NCBI GenBank assembly: GCA_025201805.1
Contig: MU619384.1
Coordinates: forward strand, 1 to 64,000
DNA length: 64,000 nucleotides
Source: Parasitella parasitica NRRL 2501
Taxonomy: Eukaryota; Fungi; Mucoromycota
Direction: 5' to 3'
The position numbers and the translations under genes are program-made. The stretch's first letter is position 1, and each line of letters opens with the position of its first letter. Under the pieces are notes generated by a model. That model was not told the DNA's origin. It saw only the letters and a program-made list of their open reading frames with translations, and did no database searches. This document shows, one piece after another, positions 53,422 through 64,000 of this stretch.

Positions 53422-54467
53422 TCACATCTCCGAACAAGCAGCGGCAGCAGCAGCAGGCTGTCGCGATATTGATCCTCCTTTTACGATTGGACAATAGGGT
53501 TTACCTATTATTTACAATTAATTGTCTGTGTGGATGCATTTGGACGATAAACTCACCTTCATTGATCCAAGCAGATTTTCGCTTTCTAGTCGCTCTTTTC
53601 TTGATATCTTCGGTAGTTTCATGCACAAACGCATTAGGAGGATTAGATATGATCAATGGCAAGATACGTCTACGTGCATTAATAAACCAGTTGCTAATTT
53701 GATTTAGAGTAAGTTCAGTTTTGAGCCTTAAGCCGCGCTTTTCTTCTTCTGTTGGATAAGGATGTCGGCTATGATCTATGAGCCATTGCTTGAGTATGGC
53801 TGTCACGGTCTTTGGCAGATTGCCTCGTCTTCTCCTGCCGTTGTTGGCTGATTTTGTCTTGTTATTTGTGGTGGTTTTGACAGGTTTGCGGCATACAGGC
53901 TTGGCATCTTCTATTTCACTATCTTCGATTTCATCTACTTCTTCCCCTTCTCCTTCTACTTCCACCTCCGCTTCTTCTTCCTCTTCTTCCATCTCCTCCG
54001 CTTCGTCTTCTTGGTCATCGTCCTGCTGGTTTCGATGACACTGCGATGAGGGGTACCATTTATGCATGTTTGTACATGATGAGCAACTTGATGTTGGCGA
54101 AGACGGTATGAATTGGCTGGACGGAGGTGGTGTTTCTGGTGGAGATAAGTCTTGACGTCTCGAATTCAAGATGACGCTGCTCCAAAATTGAACGTTTGTT
54201 TTAAGCATAGCGTCCACCTTTTGTTTTCTCAATTCAATCAGCTGATTGTCACTGCAGGACTCAGCTGCCTTTGCATCATGGAATAGGATTATGGGACTAA
54301 ATATGCGAATCTATAGATAGCATCAATGATGTTAGCGAGGCCACGTAGACAACAAATCCCTTGCTGAGGAGCGGATGGGCGATATTTACACTGGCATCAT
54401 GTCCAGGCTGGTAAGCAGTAGCAGTAGCAGTAGCACTGGTAGTAGTAGTGTGTGTAGAATAATACAT
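53422..54467 (-). CDS. TALE-class homeobox transcription factor (Cup9/Tos8/TGIF-like, 3 exons)
   Basis: RRRRGNLPKTVTAILKQWLIDHSRHPYPTEEEK...LNQISNWFINARRR, with the PYP loop and WFIN. Intron 1 (gtaaat...gctaac...tag) joins MYYS...HDAS to IRIFSP. Intron 2 (gtgagt...tag) gives the C-terminus GKPYCP...CSEM* ending at 53422. Confidence 0.92.
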
Positions 54468-54714
54468 GTTGACGATAGAATTATGATAGAGCAAGAGAAA
54501 AAGAAGAGAATCAAAAGGAAGAGGCACAGCTATTTATATAATATTCCCAAGATTTCAAGGGACGTGCATATGAAAACAGAGAGGTGTGAAAATAAATCTA
54601 ATGATGTACAGTAACTAAGGATGGACTGATCGGCAAAACGACAAGGTTTGTTATAGTGTGGATATTTGTTGTTGTTTGTCTAGTTTTTGGCTGGTTTCGC
54701 AATTTAGCAAAACC

Positions 54715-57700
54715 TGTCAAGCAGACGACATTGCTTATAATTGACACTTTTGGCGTCTGATGTATCGCTTGATTTGATAAGTCTTGAAGCCAGAAATGCC
54801 ATCAAAGCATGCACAATTTGTGAGTATCAGCAGCATCTCGACAATTCTATTATTACTCAATATATGATTAGCATGATATTCAACAAAGAACTGTTAAAAA
54901 TATATAAACGACCCATCGTCATTGAATTAAGGAGGTTGACATAAATAAAATGTGAACTATTCGTCTTCCAGGGGATGATCCAGAGTAGGAGAGACCTTTC
55001 GAAAAAAAAAAAAAAAAAAAAGAGGGGTAAGAGACATCAAATTATTTTGACAGCCCTTTCATTTTCTTTCTTATTAGTGGGCAAGGAGAGATTATAACAA
55101 CAACAAAAAGTTGTTTGTTTTGCTAACTCTATTACCATTTCCACTTTATGGCCGGGTAGAGAGAATGTTTTGACAGCATAGCTCAATTCTGACGCTTTTT
55201 TATTATTATTAGGTACACCATATTGTTACATGTTTTACAAAAATCAAGTCGAGAACGACCATCATGTACGTTGATACGTATCATTTTTTTTTTTTTGTAG
55301 AATAGCACTTGTTGCGGGTTATATTACACAAATAAGGTTCAACTGGGTTGAACAAATATAAACAACAGTGAGAGTGAGAGCGCGAGAGAGCAAGAAAAAG
55401 GAGAAGGAAACAAGGGGGAGGAGAATAAAGAAAATGTCAGATTGCCACTTCCCTTTCGTCTTCTGTATGTATGTATAATGTAAACACAATTAGATAATGT
55501 ACAGTACTGCTCATCATCTCCTTCCTGTCTTGCTTCTCCTGACCATTTGTGCTTCTCGTTTCTTTATTTGCGGTATTGATCTACTATGAGTTTCGTTAAG
55601 CATCCCTTTCGCCCCCTTCCCCTATAGACAACAAATTACCCCTTAAATCTCCCAATTTACTAATATTTTGACATTAACTTGTAAAGATTGTCAAACCTTA
55701 TTTTTTTTTCCTTCTCGTCTTCTTAATAATCGATCTTTTTCCTTGGTCTCTTTTTACGAGATAAGTATATATATATACCCAATTTCACGCTGTCGCTATC
55801 ATTGGGGTTTCATTGCATTAGTACCACACAGTTTTGAAGAAATTTTTGAACGCTTTGAATTTACTAAACTAGTAATCTTTTGACTTGATACATTGGCAAA
55901 ACATGCTTTACTGCTTATGTTATTTTGTGGGCGTTTTTTCCCGTCTTTATTAAGGAAACTGCGAGAAATGGACACTATATATGCTTTTTTTCTTTCAATT
56001 TTGCAATTTTTAGTTTGTCAATGTTGTTATCCATCAACAATGTCTTTGATGCTTAAATGCATCAGGACATGAAACTCTGGGTGATTCCCCTAATCAGATA
56101 CACACTAGATTCATGCGTGTTACGAGCATTGCACGTGTCCATGTCAGTTGTTGGATAATCACAAGCCCAGTTTCATGAGTGAGACATTTGTTTGTTGACA
56201 TATTTTTTGCTCTGGAGCCACGACTTCCATTTTATGATATACCCTATGCTTCATTTCGTGCAAGAACCAAATCGTGGAATCAGTCGGAGATGATTTTGAG
56301 CATATATCCAAGTTGAGGCAGAATTCTCGAACCTAAACGCATACAATCTTGTCTATTATGGCATTTTCTTATTCCACAATTGTAATTAAGCGGTCGATTT
56401 TTTTGTTCTCACTAGAGGCTTTACATTAATCTATGATACGTTACTGCTGTATTTTGTTTTGAGTGGATGCTTCAATTCGAGCGCTATACACCCTGCTTGA
56501 TCATAGAATGTAAATGAAATGAACGAATAACCTTGATTTAAATGGGCAATCCACTCAACCATAAGAGGATTGGTGGTGGGAACTCAAATAACACTTCTGC
56601 AGGAAAGTTAGTACTAAAAGAAACTAGCGGTCTGAGCATGCTAATTTAGTTATACAGAGTATCCATAATATGTGAATTATTAACTGGCCTTATTTGACAT
56701 ATTAACAAGCCGCCATGGCTTTATACGAGGCGACAATGTTGGTGAGATAAAGCTTATTACCATGATCCCATATTATCACCTCTGGTGTATTCATAAATCA
56801 TAATGGAATCTCTTCTAGGATTTGCGTGCGCTTTAGAGGCAAAAGTTATCAGCCGCCTTTATTAAAGTTGAATCAACAAGACAATTCTATCAATCATAAA
56901 TGGGTATAACATCTCAACTGCATAAAGTAAAGAAAGGTCAGCGTATACAACTCTGGATTTTTGCAATTGAAAAAAAAACATTGGATCAGAACTATTTTGT
57001 ACGGTTCTGCATCATGAAATTCACACCTATTGTAAGATGCACAACAGTCTATAAATGCAAAAATTTATAGAATGTTTATGGTTTTGATCATCGAATAAGA
57101 GAATCAGCAGCTTTGTATACATAAACACATTGACAAAGGATACAGTATGAATGCGGATACAAACTCTCTTAATGTAGTATGTATGATCAATTCTAATGAT
57201 TTTTTTTACCTTGAAATTGAAAAAAAAAAAAAAAAAAAAAAAGAATAATTGTAAATCAATAAAGTTAGAAATCTTATTTATTCCTTCAACTCGTATAGCC
57301 TGACCTTCTATTTTTCGTGCATCAAGAGACTCATTGACTTATTCATAACTATAAACATCTGCCGCTTGGATCACAGAATTGATGCAGCTGACCTCAAAAA
57401 CAATATGCATCATGATTCAGTAATGATGGATTGCCGCCGCAGTAGTTATCGCCATGGCAACTAAAGAGCTCTGTCAAAAAAATACAGAAGCATGGTAACC
57501 AACATTAAATGCTCAGAACAAGCTAATTGTAAGAGCCTTGGTATTATTTTTTCGAACAGTTAAACATTTTCTTTTGCTTTTTCAAGTTCAAATCAGAATT
57601 TGTTGCCTCGTATATTCGCGACATGTTGACAGACTTATATGCTGATTAATGCAAAGAAACCCCCCCCATATACCTACTATGTATTTTAGCTGTTGGCTCA

Positions 57701-57826
57701 ATTGAAAAATATGCTCCAATTCAGATTTAAAGAGGCAAATTCTTCAAATGTTGGATTGTTTATTTCTCCCTTGGTTTTAAGGGGCTTTCCTTTTTTCTAT
57801 TATATTGAATTTAAGCCATTTGTCAA
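54715..57826. promoter_or_regulatory. Cluster of TTGACA/TGTCAA (TALE-type) motifs upstream of the homeobox gene
   Basis: 14 TTGACA/TGTCAA hexamers counted by eye in about 3.1 kb, plus two further TGTCA sites. Confidence 0.5.
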
Positions 57827-58229
57827 GGAGTTATTTGAAGAGAAATCAATTTGCTTTGATTGCAAAGTGTAGCACTTGTTTCAAATATATACGTTCAGAA
57901 GTTGATGATAAAGTGGCTCAATACAACCATTAGAACTCAATCGAATGATATAATTGGATTTGTTCAAGAAAGACGTGAGGAGAAACGCTTTACATCTAAC
58001 CAGGGGATACAATCTTATAAACTCCCTTCTTAATTTTTTCCTACCGCTTAAAACTTCAATCGAATTAGGTGTCTTTTTAGCAGCCAATGCAAATTGGGTG
58101 AGAAAACCTTCAAAACATCATATAATCTTTTTTGCGGTTCTAAATTCTCCCCCCCCCCCCTTTCTCCCTCTTTTCTTTTTCTTTTTTATTTTACGCCTTT
58201 CAAATAGAATTAGAAAATCTATCAACGCA

Positions 58230-59221
58230 ATGCACACAAAAGAAGCTCGTAAAGTAGTTGCTGTAGATCTCGATCAAACATTAGCGCACACATTGGAAAG
58301 TCTGGTAGAATGGCATAACGATACATACGACACATACTTCAATGTTGCAGATTTCACTACATACGAATACTGGAAGATTTGGGGAGGCACTCGAGAAGAA
58401 AGCTGTATAAAGATTAGAGATTTTTACGATTCAATCTACTTTGATCGAATTGAACCAATTCAGGATTTCGCATTAGAAGCACTCAAGATGCTCAAGAGAC
58501 GTCATTTTACCTTGGTTATCATTACATCCCGACAGCAGTTTGTTGCAGAAAAAACAAAGAGATTCGTTGATAGACATTACCCAGGTATGCAAGTGCTGCT
58601 TTTCTTGTCCTGATCTTGTAGTACGTATTTTTACTGATACACAAACAAGGCATATTTGATAGCATCTACTTTTGCAATTTGGATCTATCAGACTCTGAGC
58701 AATTGGAATACGTATCTAAACCCAAGTCTGTAATCTGTCAAGAAATTGGAGTTGACGTTTTGATCGACGATTCATTGGAACATGCGTTTGACTGTTCTGC
58801 TCTGGGTATTGATGTGTTGCTGTACGATAGACAGGGACAGTATATATGGAATCACGATGATGTGTTGAGGAAAAAACATGCTCAACGTTCTGCGCCCACA
58901 CTTACATCTACGTCCAAGAGATTATATCATCAGACGCCTCGAGAGTTATCAAAAAACATGCATCGTATGACAAGTTGGAAGGAGATTATTGCACAGTTCC
59001 CAAAGCCATCTAGTCCACTTCGATTTTGCTATATGGCCAATGACAGTCAACAAGAAGACGATGACGATGACGACGACGATGAAGAGGAAGAGGAAGAAGA
59101 AGAGAAGCAAGGACACTATTTTAATAATCGTAATTACTATGGCTATGAGACAGTCGAAGTGGAAGAGATGAGCGAGGAGGAAGAATATCCTCTATACAGA
59201 GACAGCCGCGTTTGGGTTTAA
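58230..59221 (+). CDS. HAD-superfamily 5'(3')-deoxyribonucleotidase-like (NT5C-family) phosphatase (2 exons)
   Basis: Motif I VAVDLDQTL, motif II IITSR, motif III Lys in KPKS, motif IV LIDDS; one intron near 58585-58649; acidic C-terminal tail. Confidence 0.85.
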
Positions 59222-59613
59222 ATTACAAATCTTTGTTGAACAAAGACCACCCCACAACATCATACCCTTTTGCGTAGGTTTGCAGTTATATTTCATCTCT
59301 CTCTTTTTTTCCTGTTGTTAATTTCTTTTGTGTTTCCATATAAATAAACTGTTTCTTTCTTGTTTTACTCTGTTTTTCTTTTTTTTGCATTTATCTCATT
59401 TTTTACTACCGTATATTGAATTTCACCCCCGCAAAAACCCCTTCTCTCTTTATTTCACTACATCTTTATAATATCACCATTTTGTAAAACCTAAAACAAG
59501 TATAGATATAAAGAGAAAAAGAGACTTTTCTCGTCACGTTTCTTCCTGACCAAACCAAAAAAAAAAACCAAAAAAAAAAACCAAAAACTTATAACAACAC
59601 AAACGATTTCAAA

Positions 59614-62600
59614 ATGACCTTTGTTCATTCTTTTGAACAACAATCTGAACAATCTGTGCCTGACTGTAATATGAATTCCACGACACCAACGCATCGCCAG
59701 CAAGAAACTCCGTTTTCATCTCCATCGCAACCAGTTCGCCAACAGCAGAGAGCTTACTCTGTCACTGCGATGCCAAGCGAACTGCAAAAATCAGTGATGA
59801 GGTATCATGAAGTCGAACATCAGGAAAAGCTTCGTCATAACCAGCCGTGGTGGCAGTACTACTACCAACTATACCATTATCATCTTCCACCGGGAAGAAA
59901 GCCCACAGTGTTTGGTCCTTATCTACTACTCCAGACCTTGGGAGAAGGTGAGTTTGGCAAAGTCAAGTTTGGCATTGAAGTGAAGACAGGACAAGAGGTA
60001 AGCTGCTGCTGCTGCTGCTGCTGTTGTCATACTGCACACTGTATCATACACTAACCTATTTTTAATAAGGTCGCCATAAAGCTCATTAGAAAGGATAGTA
60101 TTGATTCCACCTCACGTATGACTAAGGTTGAAAGGGAAATATCTGTGTTACGGGTAAGATGGCTGTATAGAAAACAATAAGCTTGCAACTAACACGCCAC
60201 AGATACTTCGCCATCCCAACATCGTCGAGCTGTTTGATGTCATTGAGACAGAGAAATATATTGGCATCATCTTACAGTGCGCCACAGGTGGTGAGTTATT
60301 CGACTACATACTCGCTCATCGTTACCTTAAGGAAAGAGACGCTAGCAGGTTATTTGCACAGCTGATTAGTGGCGTACATTATATGCACCAAAAACACATT
60401 GTTCATAGAGACCTTAAATTGGTATGTTGTCTTATGAAAAAAAAAAAAAAAGGAATGTGCATACTAAATCAGGATATGCAACACATAGGAAAACTTGCTA
60501 CTAGACAAGCATCGTAATGTGCTGATCACTGATTTCGGTTTTGCAAATCAATTCACATCGCCTCAAGACGATTTGATGTCGACTTCATGTGGATCTCCTT
60601 GCTATGCTGCGCCAGAGTTGGTCATGAACCAAGGCGTCTACGTCGGCCCTGCCGTCGATATTTGGTCGTGCGGGGTCATCTTATTTGCAATGCTATGCGG
60701 CTATTTACCTTATGACGATGATCCGGCGAATCCAGAAAGCTACAATATCAACCTGCTCTACAAGTACATTTTAAACACCCCCTTGATTTTTCCAGACTAC
60801 ATCTCGGAGGAAGCTTGCGATCTGTTGAGCCTGATGCTGGTGCCTGATCCAGAAAAGAGATGCACCATGGAAACTATCATGTCTCATTCTTGGTTGAGCC
60901 AGCATCAGCACTTATTCGTTCGTGAGCCCCAGCCGGAAAAAGGCAAGGAGGAGGACGAGGAGGAGCAGGTGGTACCTGATCAAGACGTCCCTGTAGTACC
61001 TGAATCTGTTAGACGAAATACCACAATTGGAGTCTCAGACCTTCAGAATGACACCGATGAAACTATTGATATACCTCAAACAATCAAAGAACAAGACATG
61101 AGCGAGGATCAGGAAATGGACCAAGAGCAACGCCAAGATACCACCACCGCCAAAGATACACCCATGCAAGATATATCCACTATAGAATTACCTCCTTTAA
61201 CAGTTGTTGCAAATGACATTGATGAAACAGCAACATTAGAAACTCCCGCCAAACAGCAGCCTCAGGACGATCCCTCTCCCTCCCCCTCTCCCTCTTCTCT
61301 CCCTCCTCCTGTTGATGCTGCTGATGCTGCTGTCTCTCAAAAACAAAAGACACCCGCCATTGAAAATGAGGAGCCACCAATTTCTCCATTGCCGACTGTG
61401 CACCAAAAGACCCAAAATAGACCTAAATCAATCATTTCCTCTACAGAAAAGGTTCTCCATTTCCTTTCTGGTCACGGCAACACGCCCAAAGTGGGTCACA
61501 CCAATGAGAAGCGGACGAGGCACATGTCTCTAGCAGCAGCAGAGAGTGGATCGCCCTCCATTTTGCAAGCCAAATTTTTGTCTAGCCTGAACCAGCGCAA
61601 AGCAGCGTCTCCGTCTTCATCTATGCTCCAACGGCAAACTGCCTCAGAAGCGCCTCCTGCACCCAATACCAGTGTCAGCACACCTCATCCAAGCAAAAAA
61701 CCGAGCAGCACTACAAGACGCAACATCCGTCTTAGTACCATCACACCCCCTCCTCAACCTCAGCCATCTCACACCAGCGACAGAGGCACAAGAAGAAAGA
61801 CTTTGAGTCTACTGGTCAACTCGATGACGGACAATGGCAAGATGCCATTCACAAATCGTCGTCACGGCAACAACTCCCGTACGCCCGCACCTCCCACCAT
61901 CACTACGACAATCACTACAGCCATCGAAGAGCGCGTGCACATGATGCCATCCGTTTCAGAGCATACTATCGATACCATGACTGATAAAGAAAAGCATCGC
62001 AGCGCAGGTAAAAAATTGATGGATTGGTTCAAAAAGAAGCCTCTGAGTAAGTTTATTTGTTTGTTGCTTTTGGCTGTGTGGTAAAAACTAAACAATCTAC
62101 ATAAATAGGCACAATCCACAGATCCACAAACCAATCTAGTGATACAATGTTGCACAACAATAATGATCGACCTTCACCCTCTATTGCTATTGCTGCTGTT
62201 ACTGCAAACAGTGCGGAATATGCTGATGCAGTTGTAGACCCCAAGTTACGCACTCACCACGGCGCTGTGGATCAAGAAGCTCTTACATCCAGACCTCCTG
62301 CACAAGTATTTGCACAAGTTAAAGTGGCCCTGAAGTCACTAGGCCTGGAATGTAAACGAGATGGTAGCGAATACAAGCTTAAATGTTCCCGTCCAAAACG
62401 CCCAACTGAGAAGCGGGTCACGAGCCATTATTCTCTCCCTCACCAGAATGGAGCCGGCGGAAACCCACCTTTCCGCATGCTATTGCGTAGAACAAGCGCC
62501 CAACAATCCACTCTTTCAGCTACCACGATCGCTACAAGCACTACAAATTCCACAGCTACGAGCACCACTACTACTGCCTCTGCTTCGAAAAAGAACGACG

Positions 62601-63055
62601 AAAAGACTCTCAATCCAACAATTTACGGCGATCCGAACGTAGATCCAGGCGAAGAGGTGCGATTCAGCGTGGAGCTTTGCAAGATCAAAAACTTGCCAGG
62701 CCTCTATATCGTGGACATGCGTCGTATGAGAGGAAATGTGTGGGCTTACAAGTTTATTTATCGCACACTTTTGGATACTCTCAAATTGGGTGGTAAAGAT
62801 GGCTATTTGAATACGGACAAACAACAGCCGCAAAATGCTGAGAAAACCATGATTGATGCGATTGACGCAACTGATGGGACAGATACTACGGCGGATGTCA
62901 ATGAGGATAGCAATACACATAATCGCATGAGTACGGCTAGTAGTAGCGGAGGAAACAGTAGTAGCATACTAGACGATCCTCCACATACACCATCCCCTCC
63001 AAACACCGCTGGTAAAGATGAAGCATCCTCAGTTGCAACAGCTGTTGTAGCTTGA
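59614..63055 (+). CDS. CAMKL-group Ser/Thr kinase, Kin4/Ppk1/KfsA-like, with C-terminal KA1 domain (multi-exon)
   Basis: FGPYLLLQTLGEGEFGKVK, VAIK, EREI, HRDLKL|ENLLL, ITDFGFAN, MSTSCGSPCYAAPE and GYLPYDDDPANP (Kin4-type insert); KA1-like EVRFSVELCKIKNL...MRRMRGNVWAYKFIY. Confidence 0.92.
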
Positions 63056-63620
63056 TTTGACTTTTTTCTTTTTTTTTTGACAAAAAATATATAATTTAAT
63101 TATATATACATATTTAATAATAACAATACCCTTTTATCTCTATCTTTCCTTGTCTCGATATTGTGTAATGTCATTCTGATTCTGTGTTGATGGTTACTCG
63201 TAAGCAGGGGGGTTTCTTTAAGCTTTATAAGGCATGTAAAACTATCAGTTTTACAGCCTTTTTGCTGACAAGCTTGCAATAGCAGACTATAATTGTGGGG
63301 GGTTTACAACATGACCAGGAAAGAACCACAGATATTGAAATGCCTACATAAATCATGGGTCCCACTACTATCTAGAATCAGTGTGTCTTGAGCATTAGAG
63401 AAAGAACCAAGTAATCTACGGTAAAAGTTCTTGGTGCTGTAGAAGCACAATCAGCTTGAAACACATGGCACTAATTCCGTACATTGCGACCATATGTCTA
63501 TGAAGCAATAGCAGATTGTGTGTTACTTCATGTAGTCCTCAGACAAACGTCACTTCAAAATACAAAATACAGTATCTAAAAAAAAAAAAGAGGTTTTTGA
63601 AGCAACACTTTTGACCAACA

Positions 63621-64000
63621 ATGTCACAATCCATCATTGGCAATATTAGCAACTACTTGGAAACCCATCAGCAGGGAGCTCGCATCACACTCACAGCCGT
63701 GGCAGCCTCTGTCTTGACTGCTACCACACTCATCGGCTATCAAAGAATAACACGTTCTCGTTTGCAAGAAGACAAGAAGGCTTTAAAGCGAGCGATTAAT
63801 GAACAGCCGCCAGCAATAATTTCCATCATTGACGAGGAAAAAGTTAAAGAAAGCAAAAAAGAACCCATGGACGAGTCTTTGGTACTGGAGTTGCTTGCGC
63901 GAAACACAGCCTTCTTTGGACTTGAGAGTGTCAATAGAATCCGACAATCATTTGTGGTCATTTTGGGTGCAGGAGCTATTGGCTCCTGGACTGCATTAAT
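63621..64000 (+). CDS. tRNA threonylcarbamoyladenosine dehydratase-like ThiF protein (TCD1/TCD2 family), 5' part truncated by the window end
   Basis: N-terminal hydrophobic anchor TAVAASVLTATTLIGY, then DESLVLELLARNTAFFG...IRQSFVVILGAGAIGSW (ThiF GxGxxG). Confidence 0.85.
   Translation, partial: MSQSIIGNISNYLETHQQGARITLTAVAASVLTATTLIGYQRITRSRLQEDKKALKRAINEQPPAIISIIDEEKVKESKKEPMDESLVLELLARNTAFFGLESVNRIRQSFVVILGAGAIGSWTAL

Noticed and set aside
53422-53436. C-terminal CSEM of the TALE protein as a CaaX box
   Set aside because: Glu at the a2 position is unfavourable for prenylation, and the last exon is itself only predicted.
57134-57144. GTATCCTTT (U12 donor consensus) on the minus strand
   Set aside because: It is intergenic, with no associated exon or U12 branch site.
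7023-63006. Numerous antisense or alternate-frame ORFs overlapping real genes, such as 7023-7298, 11312-11611, 21723-22124 and 62516-62920
   Set aside because: Shadow ORFs of coding exons with no independent motifs.

Overview
AT-rich, intron-dense fungal DNA, most consistent with Mucoromycota/Mucorales. This is inferred from short GT-AG introns with CTAAY branch sites, long homopolymer tracts and a retained phenylalanine hydroxylase. About 20 protein-coding genes can be reconstructed: YANK/STK32-type kinase, Vrl1-like VPS9-ankyrin-PX protein, group I G-alpha, Rap-GAP, DNA2, NXT1-like protein, TBL1/Sif2, Atg14/Vps38-like protein, SEL1-repeat protein, FYR-domain protein, intronless SqdX/SQD2-like GT4, ADAM protease, PAH, DHA2-type MFS transporter, CBM21 PP1-targeting subunit, TALE homeobox factor, NT5C-like HAD phosphatase, Kin4-like kinase and a partial TCD1/2-like gene. 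Main leads: (1) an apparent fusion of an Ams2/Spt21-type N-terminal domain to FYRN/FYRC; (2) 14 TTGACA sites upstream of the TALE homeobox gene, suggesting autoregulation; (3) the intronless SqdX-like glycolipid transferase; (4) a long-TIR MITE with CpG decay; (5) cryptic upstream exons that may add a membrane anchor to the SEL1 protein. No intact rRNA, tRNA or CRISPR array was found. Gene boundaries come from manual splicing and family calls from recalled motifs; no database searches were run.
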